IMG/VR virus record: IMGVR_UViG_3300038345_000103
Coordinates: 11,255-75,254 of that record
Origin: a virus
Taxonomy: Duplodnaviria; Caudoviricetes
Length of the DNA stretch: 64,000 nucleotides
Strand: one strand, 5' to 3'
The notes beneath the pieces are model-generated. The model ran no database searches and was not told where the DNA came from. It saw only the letters and a program-made list of their open reading frames with translations. Positions 46,090 through 58,100 of the stretch are shown one piece after another (within the stretch, counting starts at the first letter, position 1; each line of letters begins with the position of its first letter). The position numbers and the translations under genes were made by a program.

Positions 46090-49000
46090 TTAAATCTCTT
46101 CGCCGTCAACATATATAGTATCATATTTATTTTTAGGGGTATAGTAAACTAAAGGCATAGCTGCCGCACCCGAATATGCCTGTCCGACATAAGATGTTCC
46201 ATCTGTTGTCGTATACATATTGGAAAATGTAGCATAATATTGTTGCTGTACAAGACTCGTTCCGTCATCAGATAATTTAAATCTAAAATACTCTTTAAAT
46301 TTATTCGGAAAGTTCCAACAAGTATAATATGTTCCTGATGCAGGGTCTTGTATTCCATCGTTATCCCAAAGTTTTAATCCGTTTCCAAGTGCAAATTCGT
46401 CAGAGCGGAAAGCTGCCACAAGGTATCCTCGAATATCTTTCGCACCATTAAACAACAAAAATGAATCATATACATTACTACCCGTTGCCGCTACAAGCAT
46501 TTGTGCTATTTGACTTATTGTAACTTCTGCTCCTGCCTGATTGCTGACTTGCTCTATCGGGAATTTGGTATTAGGAGATGGTAATAAATATGGATGTGCC
46601 ACTGGAGGGGCAACTCTATCTCCACCACCATTATAACCATTCTGACCACCAACAGCAATATAAAGAACATCGCCCTCATGAAGTTCAACTTCACCCGTAC
46701 AGTATCCGCCATATCCGCCATCATAAGTGTTAATAGTTCCTCCTTGGGCACCCCAAACTTCAAGCTGATATACACCACTAACAGGAACAGTCCACGATTG
46801 GACAGTGCCTGTATAATTAAATTCATATGAACCTGAGCGTGAAATTACATAGGTATTGCTTTCCTTTGATGTATCATCAACTAGAGCAAATATCTTTACA
46901 TATACATCACCTATCGGAATATCAGATATTTCTGCAATCTGAGAAGTATAAGCTTGTATTGTAAAGTTTCTTTGACGATATGCTAATATACCATCGTCCT
47001 CATCTTCAGGTTCTGACCCTAACTTATAAACAATTTTAAGGTCATTATAGAAGCCGGGGAATAAGCTATAATTTACACTGCCCAAAGTATCTTCCACAAT
47101 AATGCTGTCAATATAAGGAGCATCACCTGTATTAATAGCATCCATATCGCTTGACAGTTTATGTTCTGATGTAACTGCATATACAGTATAATAATATTTA
47201 CCCTTAGACTGATACTTAATGGTATTATCAACATAAGGAGTACTTTTATACTTATCACGATTTGATTCTCCACTATATTCAGTTAAGATTGTACCATCAG
47301 TAATAAAAGTATCTCCTTCATAATATGATTCTGCAGGAGAGCCAGCTTTACGAACCACAATAGTTCTTTCCCAAAGAGCAAATAATTCATCGGCGGGGTC
47401 ATCCCACTGTACTGTTGTTACCTGCTCATCGTCATCATAATTAACTGCCAAATTGTAAGGAGCATCCAATGTATCCTGTTTGGGCTTTGCATTTGTGGCA
47501 TACACAAAAACATCAATTGTTTCTGAAGGTGCAGTACCTAAATACTTAAATTTTAATTTATTCTTTGCCTTTTTAATACACACAATACCAGCATTATAGT
47601 AATCTACTGCACTTGCGTAGGCAGGAGTGATATATAAGCATTGTTTTTCTTTTGTACCCTCATCATTATCTTTCGTAATACCAATAACATCTATTACTTG
47701 ACATTGTTCATTATCCCAATCATTAGGGTCAAGAGCAATCTTAACATACTCCGTACCTAACAAAATGTTATCCATATAGACACGTTTAAAATATCCAAAC
47801 TTCCAAGGAAATTTATGTGAACCAATATTACATTCACCGGTTTGGTCATTTGATGCACCGTGCCCATCATCTTTTGAGTCGCTTGCTAAAAGGTTTCTGC
47901 TTCGAGTTAATGATACATAATAACGTTTACCATTCTGTCCGGCGATAGGGGCACTACGCAATTTCCACGCATTATGTGCATGGTCAAGAGCATAACTGTT
48001 ATCATCAGCCGTAATAACAGGATACCCTCCGACATAACCCGCATCAGCATAAATCGTACCTTTAATACGAAGTTCTCCCGTTGTACCATCAGAATATAAA
48101 GCTGGTGTTCTTATAAGACCATTGATAAGATTAAACAAGCTACCTGAATCCGAAAAGTACTGTCCTGTAGTAAAGCGGTAATTTGCCGACTTGATTTCAC
48201 CAGTCATGATATTATCACCACTGATTACAGTTTCACCATCAGTAAGGTCACCCTCAAATACAACAGTACCACCAAGCGTGATATTACCTGTTGTACTTAT
48301 ATCAATACCATTATACTTAATAGTAATAGTACTTGCCCTGTCACCATTTTGTACCGTAAGAGTAATCCTATCTAACTCTTGAGCAATCAATGAAAGAGCC
48401 TGTTCAGCCGAAATCTTTCCTTCAATCAAACCATCAAGCACATTAAAAGTTGTATTAACAGTACCGCCCATCATACCCTGACCATAAGCATCACTATAAG
48501 CATAGTCATTTGATATATTATCAGACCTTTGTACTAAGTTAGATTGTCCCTGATTATTTGCCTTATAGAAATTATTAACAACATCCAACGTTTTTGCCAT
48601 AGACTTACGCATTCTATTAACAACACCATTATCCAATGATATGTCAGCAAAGTTGACATTGATAGCATCAAGGTTTTCAAAGTCCACTTCATAATCAATC
48701 AGACGGAGTTTATATAAGATTCCATTGCTATCCATAATCCTTATCCAGTTACCAACCTGAAAATTATCCCTTAATGCCGAAAATTCATCAATAACAAGTA
48801 AGTTCTGTAGATTTGTACTGATGTTATAACTATACTTGTTATTTTCCTTAATCTTATATTCAGCCTGAAGAACAAACTCATAAGCACGTTTTATCAACTC
48901 AGAATTACTTAAAGAATCAGAAATAAATGCACTGTCAGTATAATCGAACTTCTTACGGAAGGACGTGGATATATAATTATCATTTGAAAAATCAGCCTCA

Positions 49001-50991
49001 CGCCTGAACGCATTCAGTTCAACCCATTGTTCCGGTGTAAGATTATTTTCAAGTTTCATAATGGCTATAGTATCTGTAATCATTTCCCATAATTTAGCCA
49101 CCATAGATGTTGTTGAATCTTTAAAGTCAACGGCTTTGACTTCGCTTTCTCTTTCACCTAATGCACTTTGAATTATTCCTATTTTACTCTGAATCTGAGC
49201 ATATATTATATATGCATCGCTGCTCCAATTATCAGCCCCAATACTGACAAGCATCTCAAGGGCTTTAGCAAAACAATCACCAATACTTTGAAGCATTTGA
49301 TATGAATAATATCTCAGGGCATTATAAAAATCGCCAGTACTGATAATATATAAATTTTCAATCGATGTGTTACCCTGACTTCTATTCAACAATGTTTGCA
49401 TAACACTGTTTTGAGCATAATTATAAATGTTCTCATTGATTGTAATATATAATGTGTTTGTTACCGCAGTATCTGATTTATCATAATAATTGGTTACAGA
49501 TAATCTACCATACCATGTATATGTATCACTACCTCTTGAAAGACCTTGATAAATAACCTGAATATCATATAAAGGGTTTGATTTAATCTTGGCATAATTA
49601 ACCACCGCAGCCGACGCCTGAGCTAACGTTAATGTATCTATATTGTATACTGCAACAGGCGACAATGCTTCTTCTGTTAATTCGGCAACAATTTGAGCCG
49701 CCGTTGTACTGTCATTTTCAACTGAAGGCATAAGTGAATGATTAAGATATTCACCCATATCTAAAGCACCATAATAAGTCTCAATCAATTCTGAATAACC
49801 AGTAATAGAATCAACAGGCTCGACAGTAACGCTCGGGTCTAAAGCACGATATTTATTAACAATATAATTATAATATCCATAAGGCAATAACGACATGTCG
49901 AACACATGTGTGTTTTGATAATCATTATACAAACTTTCGTACGTATTTAAAGCCGTCTTTAATCCGTCGCTCATTTCATTTTTCATCTCATCAGAAAATG
50001 ACCATACGTATCCCCCATTAGGATTACACTGACGAATTGCAGCAGTCATTAAATCATCCCCGCCGGTCACATGGTAACAGTTACATATCGCTTCACTATT
50101 CCTTGTTATCGTGAGATTATTTCCAAGGCTCTCTCTGCTCACCAGAATGCCCGTATTTGCCCCGAAACCCTCATTAAGGTCAGAACTACCACACTCAGGA
50201 CAAACGCCCGTAAAATGACCACGATAACCGCAATCATTACAGCTTGTTAAAGCATCATATACATTAACCGTTCTATTATGTGTTACACTGCAATCAAAAT
50301 CAACAATAATAGATTCTTCTTCAGCGACAGTCTTTAAACATTCCATGATTGCATTACCATTAAATTCAAAAATACGCTGAATATCCATGATGCTCTCATC
50401 AACATGTCCGATTGTGTAATGTGGAGCATAACTAAATATCTTATGTAGGAGAGAAGAGTCTCTTAATATCTGCATTCTGTATGCGATTGTTTCTTCCTCT
50501 GTTTCTTTTGTGTATTTAGGGTCAGAGTTCCATATATCGTCATACCTATCTAAATCTGTCGGGTCTCTATATAATACAACAGGAAAGTTTGCATCATAAT
50601 CCGGCAATATGATAGCAGCCTCAGTATTTATCTGAAGTCCATACACCTTTATCAAATTCAATTCTGCTTCTGCTAAACGTGTCAAAGTTAAAGATTTATA
50701 TACTCCATTTTCATCTTCAGACGTATCACATTCAATCGCAAAATAACAATCCATTTCTAACACGTATATGAGCTTATACATGTTGATTTCATTCCAAAAT
50801 GGTGTAAGTGTATCCCCGTCATTTTTATAGACCTTAAAAGCCATTTCAGGGGCATTCTCGCAACTATTCTTAAATACTACATCTTTAATATTAGTCAGAA
50901 GCCCAACCCTTTGCCCGCCTTTACTTGTCAAAATACACGTCGGATTCTCCGCCTTATTGGAGGTATCAAAGTTTAATGTTAAATTAATCAT
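46090..50991 (-). CDS. large tail-associated/spike protein (Tal-like N-terminus, FN3-like repeats, N-terminal part of a glycine-rich domain)
   Basis: follows Dit; FQVGNWIRI..RLIDYEVDF; FNYTGTVQSWTVP..LEVWGAQGG. Confidence 0.8.
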   Translation of the reverse strand: MINLTLNFDTSNKAENPTCILTSKGGQRVGLLTNIKDVVFKNSCENAPEMAFKVYKNDGDTLTPFWNEINMYKLIYVLEMDCYFAIECDTSEDENGVYKSLTLTRLAEAELNLIKVYGLQINTEAAIILPDYDANFPVVLYRDPTDLDRYDDIWNSDPKYTKETEEETIAYRMQILRDSSLLHKIFSYAPHYTIGHVDESIMDIQRIFEFNGNAIMECLKTVAEEESIIVDFDCSVTHNRTVNVYDALTSCNDCGYRGHFTGVCPECGSSDLNEGFGANTGILVSRESLGNNLTITRNSEAICNCYHVTGGDDLMTAAIRQCNPNGGYVWSFSDEMKNEMSDGLKTALNTYESLYNDYQNTHVFDMSLLPYGYYNYIVNKYRALDPSVTVEPVDSITGYSELIETYYGALDMGEYLNHSLMPSVENDSTTAAQIVAELTEEALSPVAVYNIDTLTLAQASAAVVNYAKIKSNPLYDIQVIYQGLSRGSDTYTWYGRLSVTNYYDKSDTAVTNTLYITINENIYNYAQNSVMQTLLNRSQGNTSIENLYIISTGDFYNALRYYSYQMLQSIGDCFAKALEMLVSIGADNWSSDAYIIYAQIQSKIGIIQSALGERESEVKAVDFKDSTTSMVAKLWEMITDTIAIMKLENNLTPEQWVELNAFRREADFSNDNYISTSFRKKFDYTDSAFISDSLSNSELIKRAYEFVLQAEYKIKENNKYSYNISTNLQNLLVIDEFSALRDNFQVGNWIRIMDSNGILYKLRLIDYEVDFENLDAINVNFADISLDNGVVNRMRKSMAKTLDVVNNFYKANNQGQSNLVQRSDNISNDYAYSDAYGQGMMGGTVNTTFNVLDGLIEGKISAEQALSLIAQELDRITLTVQNGDRASTITIKYNGIDISTTGNITLGGTVVFEGDLTDGETVISGDNIMTGEIKSANYRFTTGQYFSDSGSLFNLINGLIRTPALYSDGTTGELRIKGTIYADAGYVGGYPVITADDNSYALDHAHNAWKLRSAPIAGQNGKRYYVSLTRSRNLLASDSKDDGHGASNDQTGECNIGSHKFPWKFGYFKRVYMDNILLGTEYVKIALDPNDWDNEQCQVIDVIGITKDNDEGTKEKQCLYITPAYASAVDYYNAGIVCIKKAKNKLKFKYLGTAPSETIDVFVYATNAKPKQDTLDAPYNLAVNYDDDEQVTTVQWDDPADELFALWERTIVVRKAGSPAESYYEGDTFITDGTILTEYSGESNRDKYKSTPYVDNTIKYQSKGKYYYTVYAVTSEHKLSSDMDAINTGDAPYIDSIIVEDTLGSVNYSLFPGFYNDLKIVYKLGSEPEDEDDGILAYRQRNFTIQAYTSQIAEISDIPIGDVYVKIFALVDDTSKESNTYVISRSGSYEFNYTGTVQSWTVPVSGVYQLEVWGAQGGTINTYDGGYGGYCTGEVELHEGDVLYIAVGGQNGYNGGGDRVAPPVAHPYLLPSPNTKFPIEQVSNQAGAEVTISQIAQMLVAATGSNVYDSFLLFNGAKDIRGYLVAAFRSDEFALGNGLKLWDNDGIQDPASGTYYTCWNFPNKFKEYFRFKLSDDGTSLVQQQYYATFSNMYTTTDGTSYVGQAYSGAAAMPLVYYTPKNKYDTIYVDGEEI

Positions 50992-51004
50992 TGCATCACC
51001 TCAT

Positions 51005-51805
51005 TTATACTACAATCTTAATAATAGGTCTGTATTTAATTACCATCGTACATGCCATTGAAGCCGTAATCGCATTAGCCCGTGAAGCCGCACTATTTGC
51101 TACTCTAGGGAAAATATAATTAAAATCATCAAGTAAGGTTGTATGCCCGCTATTTGAACTTGCAATTGAAGGATAAGTAAATGTTATCTTCTCATTCGCA
51201 GAGCAGTTCTTAACAATCGTAGTTCTATTTTCCAATGCATTAGTAATAGATAAATTACCGCTGGCACCACAAGTAACCTCAACACTTGAAGGATAAATAT
51301 ATCCTATTTCGTCTGATGTGTCGTTCAATGTTTTTGTTAATGCATCAGATGTAAATGTGAGAGTAGAAGTAACCTCAGCCTTAACAGCGAACGGACGATT
51401 AGTTTTCATACTCAATTCAATACCATACATATCACCGCCGACTAGTACGGCACTTACATTAAACGATGCTTCAAATGTAATATCTGTCCAACCCGTAGCA
51501 TCAAACACTAATGGTCTGAAAGTCTTTTTATTTAACCACCTTGCCAATGTTGAGAATTGCTCCGGTGTAATTATCATGTCCTTCTGCTCACTGACACAAG
51601 GCGACTTACAAATATAAAATGTTGCTTCTAAGCACTTATCATACTTATAATCAGCCAGTAATTGCTTAGCACCCTTTTGCACAGGTACTGTACTAAATGA
51701 TATTTCGGAACCAGTCGCCCGTTCCCCACCATTATCAAACGAACATACAGTATACCCTAATGTGCTTAATGTAGTACCATCATAAGTAAAATCCTTTACG
51801 TACAT
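51005..51805 (-). CDS. distal tail protein (Dit-like)
   Basis: KDFTYDGTTLS start; position between TMP and Tal. Confidence 0.7.
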   Translation of the reverse strand: MYVKDFTYDGTTLSTLGYTVCSFDNGGERATGSEISFSTVPVQKGAKQLLADYKYDKCLEATFYICKSPCVSEQKDMIITPEQFSTLARWLNKKTFRPLVFDATGWTDITFEASFNVSAVLVGGDMYGIELSMKTNRPFAVKAEVTSTLTFTSDALTKTLNDTSDEIGYIYPSSVEVTCGASGNLSITNALENRTTIVKNCSANEKITFTYPSIASSNSGHTTLLDDFNYIFPRVANSAASRANAITASMACTMVIKYRPIIKIVV

Positions 51806-51817
51806 ATTATACCTCCC

Positions 51818-52117
51818 TTATGGCAGTAATTTATCAACCCTACGTTGCAATCGTGTACTGCCCATCATTTTATTACGAAATTCACGCATCTCCTGTAGAA
51901 GCTGTTCATATTCCTTATTCTTAGCCTCTACCTCTGCAACCGCCTGTTCCCATCGTTGATTTATCTGTTTAAGAGTTTCAATAAGTTCAGACTGCTCAAT
52001 ATCCGGCTCCATACACTTATTGATTAACTCATCATTTTCCAATTTAACTTTCCCCAACTCTTCCTTGAGAGTTTTGTTTAATCTTTGTTCACGTTCATAT
52101 TTGCTTTTATAATCCAT
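51818..52117 (-). CDS. coiled-coil hypothetical protein
   Basis: RBS AAGGAG. Confidence 0.6.
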   Translation of the reverse strand: MDYKSKYEREQRLNKTLKEELGKVKLENDELINKCMEPDIEQSELIETLKQINQRWEQAVAEVEAKNKEYEQLLQEMREFRNKMMGSTRLQRRVDKLLP

Positions 52118-52138
52118 ATCCTTTTATCTCCTTTTAAT

Positions 52139-52170
52139 AAAAATAGAAGAGGAGCTGTTACACCCCTCTT
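52139..52170 (-). terminator. possible terminator after the TMP gene
   Basis: AAGAGG/CCTCTT stem followed by a U-rich tract on the - strand. Confidence 0.4.
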
Positions 52171-52180
52171 CCTGTTAACA

Positions 52181-55100
52181 TCACTTATATTTACGTAATG
52201 AATTTGAATTGCTATTCAGCATATTATAAGTCATGCTCTGAATAAGATATTCGAACGACTTATTCTTCTTACATTCATCAATAAATGATGCATAGTCTGT
52301 TACATTCTCAAGATTAATTGACATATTATAATTTACAGAGTTAGGCATTCCATATACACTACTAGCAGCACGATTGAAGTCTAAGCCTCTCTGACTCATA
52401 GCATTATAAATTGCATACAGCCCCTGATTATAAGCCTGCTGGAATGCAGCACTATTTAATACGTCACTTGATACTGACTGCAGTTTAACACCACTTGTTG
52501 TAGTAACAGTAGACGATGTTGTCTTTGTTAAAGCACTCGGATTCTTTGTTTCCTTAACAACATCAGCATCAAACTTTCTCGCTAAAGCCTCAAGGTTCAA
52601 ATTAAATTGCTTTGCAGACCCTGCAAGACTTTCAATATTAGCATAAAGTTCTGAACGATTAATCTTTTCATCCGAATACTGTTTATAATAATCCTGCAGT
52701 TCCGGTGTAATCTTCAAGACGCTCTCTCTAATACGTGATACATCGCCGTCCATCACAGCAATGCTACCATTAACATCTTGAATACTGCCATTTAAAACAT
52801 TATTCATCGTTTCAGTAAGTTGTACTGTTGCTTGCTTACTATATACTAACGAATCATCAAGCGTCTTTTTAACAGCCGGAATATTATCACGTACAAGATT
52901 CTTTGCTTCATTTAGTATTGCATCGGTATTTTCAAGCTTATCATTGAAGTAATCTTCTAATGACTGATACATACGGTCAAGAATTGCCTGTTGGTCTTGC
53001 AACCTACGGTCGTATTCTGTATCACTACGTCCCTCCTCAGCTTCCTGTAACTGTACAGTTAACTGTTGAAGCTTCATACGAGCTTCCTCCGATGTATCAT
53101 TAGCATACGCAGCCATCTGTTTTCTGAGGTTAGCAATATTCTTGGTCTGTTTCTCTATATTCTTTTGATAATCGTATAGATTCTTCTCAGCATTCAAAGC
53201 TTCCATGTACTTGTTAATCAAAGCATCTAAGCTCTCAAGCTGTTTGTCATAACCCTCTTTTACAAGGTCTACGACTGCCTGTTTTTCATCATTATAATTT
53301 TCGATTATCTGTCTCTGTTCAGACCTTAATGTATCAAGTCGTTCAAGGTTTTCAACGTTTGCAGTGTCCTTAAGATATAATTCCTCAGCCTCTGCAATAC
53401 GCTTATTGTAATCCTTGATTTCTTCATAATATGCCCTACGCTTTACAATATGCATTCCTAATGTAGCAAGCCCTTCATCAGAAAGAACACCATTATAAAG
53501 TTTTGTCTTTTCAGCATCATTACCCAAGAACTCACGAACATATTGATACATATCATTACTACTAAGATTGTTTATCAAGAAGTCGGCTTCATCAGTAACC
53601 TTATAACGTAACTGATTAATCTTATCATCAAGTTCCCATTCGAGTTTCTTGATTTCATTTTGCCATGACGCTATGGCTTCTTGGTTTGCATAAATAGCAT
53701 TTGTTGTCTCATCAATCTGTCCCTTAAGGTCATACCAATGTTTTAATTCGTCCTCGGTAGTAGGGATAAAACTCTTTAATTCAGCGGTTAACTGGTCACG
53801 CTCTGCAATATTACTTGCCAACGCCTTGGTTTGAGAATTAATCTGAGCGATAATCAACTGCTCATTCTGCATAAGCCCCTCTGTTGTACGCATTGTCTGA
53901 TAATGTTCAAGAGACTTCTGTCTCTGTTCATATTCCTTAAGCACCCTATCGTACTTATTAACAATACGTTCAATATCTTCCTTTTTCTGTGCGAGGTCAT
54001 TGTCTTTTATCTGAATACCAATCTCTATCTGCTTTTTAGCAGCATCACGCTTATTATTCCAGTTATCAACCATCGCACTTATCGCACTTGAAAGTTCGGA
54101 CGACATGCTTTCGAGATTGATGCTTTCGCCTGCCATTATCTTATTGACAAGAGCAGTGGCGGCTTTCTTTCCACCGGCGGCTTCAACAAGGTCATTATAC
54201 AATACGCCGGATGTCATTCGACGCATGTATTCTTCCTCGGCTACCTGATATGCCTTACGCTGTTCCTCAAGAACAACGTTTGCCGCTTGCATTGCCGCTT
54301 TACGTTGGTCATAATATGAACCCTCAATGTTCTTGCCACTCATGGTCATCTTCATGAGGTTTTCATATTCTTTATTCTTTTCCTCAACAAGACGATTGCG
54401 CTTTTCAAGATATTGCTCAAGCCAGTCAAGGTTGGCTTTGGATTCCTCGGTTCCCTTATCATTATCATTAGTAGGAAGCCACTCCATACCTTCAAGTTCC
54501 TCAAGAAACTTAATAGCTTCAATAACTTCGCCAGTATTCTCTCCAAACAGATTGTTTAAAGGAGCACGCTTCTCAAGGGCTTCATGATAAATACGCCTTG
54601 CATCATCAACAGACCTCATAAGTCCCTGCTGAGCCCATGACAACCGTATGGTAGCCTTATACATTTCTGCCATATATGAAACATACTCATTCGACATTCC
54701 TGCATAAGACTTTATCAAATCTTTTATGTTCTCTTCCTGAATACTGTAAGAGTCATTTGAGTATTTAACAACAGCATCCTTAAGGTCAGGATACTTGTCG
54801 ATGATTTCGGTCATTTCCTTATAAGTTAATTTTGCTCCAGCGTTTATCTTGTTGATTGAATCGCTGATAGACGAATCGGTCTGACCATTTAATTCCGCAT
54901 ATGAATCACGCAGCTTATAGATACTCTCTGAACCACCAAGAGCTTCAATCTTTATATTATGTAAAGACCTTAATAAAAGATTTTTATCTCTTGCATTCAT
55001 ATCAAGGCTATTTGTAAGACGAGCTTCTGCATCATCAATATAAGCAAAGATAGCCATGTAATCTTCGCCAAACTGGTCGATGTATTTCTCAAAGCCCTCC

Positions 55101-58100
55101 ATGCCAAGAGCCTTAAACAGGTCATCATTAGCAGTAGTACGAACAATATCACCAAAGTCTACCTGTATCTGACCCTCTCTGTCATTACGAATAAAATCTG
55201 TTAATTGTTCGAGACTACCTTTATAAGCATCAATTAATGCGTTGTTAGTATAAGCCGTGTCGCCATTCTTAACATTAGAATCCTTGTTAAGCCATTCGGT
55301 GTAATCAAAGACTTCGGTCTTTTCACGCTTTAATTCTTTCAGTCTCTTCTTATACAAATCAAAGAGGTCATTAACATCATGCATGCCCTCTTCAACTGCC
55401 TCTTTAATAACTTCATCAAAGAGATTGATTTCTTCCCACGTGTCAACTTTTAAATCTTCAAATGCCGACTTGATTTCTTCCTGATTCCACTTAAGAGGAG
55501 CCCCATAATTCGGGTCACCATAATAACCCATATGTGTAAACTGCCTGTTAGGATTCTGAACGCCATTTTCCCAGCCCAAAATCTTTGAGCTAAGAATATG
55601 TTGAGCACGTTCTCTAATATTCTGTGCTTCTGCAAGTTCCTGAGCAACTTGTTTCTCATATGCAGTGTTAATATTATCAAGTTGTGTTTCAATATTATTA
55701 ACAATACTATCATAAGGAATGAGATGTGAAGCTCCCTCAAGATAATTTTTAGTGATTTCATAAAGTCTTTGATATTCACTATAATCACCGGACGCATATG
55801 CTTCATTTAATTGCTTAAGATAATCATTAAGTTTATTATATAAAGCAGTAGAAGCGGGGTCATTAGCAATTAAAACTTTCTCATACTCAGCTATAAGATT
55901 TTCAGCGTCAAGAGCATTGTTAAGGGCACTTTCTGTATTATTAATGATTTCGCCCCAAACCTTACCCAAATCTTCAAGCATTTCTTGATAAACATCGATA
56001 TATTCTTCACTAAGCCCCGCATTCTTAACCAATGCTTCAGCGGATGCTCTATTTCCACTTGCAAAATCTGCTATGGTTGTATCAATAATATCTTTAAAAT
56101 CTTGAACATTAACAGTATCAAAATCAGCATTATGCTGTTTTAATAAATCATCTAAAAAAGTAATAAAGAGTTTTGCTCTATATCCACTATTATATGAAGA
56201 TGAACCTATTAATTCACTTATGTATTTTCTGTCATTAATGGCTTCTTGAGCACTCTGATATGCCCCTGCATTTTCAGCAATATAGGCATTACGCTGTTTG
56301 TTTTCTATGCCATTAAGCAAATCAAGCTGGTCTTGATATTTGCCATTAACAAGGTCGAGACCGGCAGCAGTAATCCCATACTGTTCATTAATATCTTCCT
56401 GCAAATCATACATACTCTGTTTTGCAGTAAAAATATCAGCCTCTGTTGCCCCTGTATCGCTTAAAACATCATGATATTCATTATATTTCGCAATGAAATC
56501 ATTTATAGTTTGTGTCTGTCTCTTGTATTCTTCGGTGGAATCCTTAAGAGCATTCAGCATTTCACGTGTTTCTTTACGAGCGTTTTCTTCGTAATGAATA
56601 ATCGCACTTAACCCACGTAAAGCATAAGATACAGCTATAGAAATACCTATACTAAACGCCGCATTTAACAAGCCCTGAGCAATTGATAATGCCTTGGTAG
56701 CTCTCGCCTGTTCTTCGCAGGCGTCAGTCACAGCTTTAGTTTCCACGTTAGACTCCATTTGGTCTTTAAGGAATACTTGAGTAGTAGGAGACAATGAAGA
56801 CATAGATTCATTAAGACGGGCACATGCTTCATCATATGAAAGTACACCTTTAACACTTTCATTAATAATAGCCATATCTTGTTTAGATATTGCCACTTTA
56901 GGCATTTCTAAACCAAATAATTTCGCACCAAGACCAATTGTACCCCTATTCAATCCATTGGAACCACCAAACACACCCTTAGCAGTTAATATGCCACCAA
57001 CGATACCACCAACAGGAGCTATCTTTAAAACTTTAAATGCAAGACTCAATAAGTCCATAGCGGCAGAAATAACAGGCATTACATCTGCACCGGTAGCCCT
57101 TATATCATTAATTAAACCATCTAAAGAATCAATGATATTCTTAATACTATCTGAATCAAGAACTTCAATTGCAAGTTGTTTTAAATCATTCTTAAGAACA
57201 TTTGCACGTTTTTCAATTGATTCCATTGAAGTTTCTACCGCACGCTCACCTGCACCTGCAGCATTATTCATCGCATCAGCATACGCACTTTCAAGAAGTT
57301 CAGGCGACTCAAGAATAGAAGCCGCTGCGGCACCACGTACCTTACCAGCCATGATTTCCAACAGTTCGGCTTTTTGCATGTCACCGATGTCTTCCCAAAC
57401 TTTAGAAATTTCTAATAGTATTTGATATGTACTCTTATAGCCACCAGTTATTTGGTCTACAATAGTAACACCAGAGGGATTGTTTACAGTTTTAGTTAAA
57501 TCCTTAATCTTATTATTTAACTTAGAAAAGTCTTCTATAAGACCTTCGGTATCTTCACCAATTTCTTCAAGTGCAGAACCAGTAGTACCCCTAAGCCTCA
57601 TACTTAAGACCTTCAAAGCATTACTTACAGCATCGGCATCCTGCATAATAGTATTACCGGCAATTTCAAGAGCTTCAATCTGCTCAAGAGAATTACCCGC
57701 AACCTTCAATGCAGCCATTGATTTGGTTAATGATGTAGCTAAAGCCTCAGATGTAATTGAGTAATTGTTGCCTAAAAATATGTACTGGTCAACAACTTTA
57801 TTAATATCCTCAGCTTTCATTTCAAAAGCCTGCATTGACGATACGAGAGCAGTAGTAGCACTGCTAATATCCATCATACCGCCCGTTGAAAGTCTTGCAG
57901 CCTGTTCAGCCAATATCATTGACTCATCAATAGTCTTACCTAATCTACGCCATTCAGTAATAGAAGATACAACCTCGGTTGTAGACATACCCAAATTATT
58001 GGCAAGTTCATATGCTTCTCTACCAACACGATTAACAGACGCTTCGCTTTCTCCACTGACAATCCTTAACTGATTAAGTGCAGAGTTAAGGTCTGTAACT

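Noticed and set aside
42790-46840. Inversion-type shufflon or self-splicing introns explaining the split domain
   Set aside because: All modules are on one strand, no inverted repeats flank them, no group I/II core is evident, and the intervening DNA is fully coding.
42790-50991. Diversity-generating retroelement acting on the tail genes
   Set aside because: No reverse transcriptase and no TR/VR pair of about 100 nt differing at adenines.
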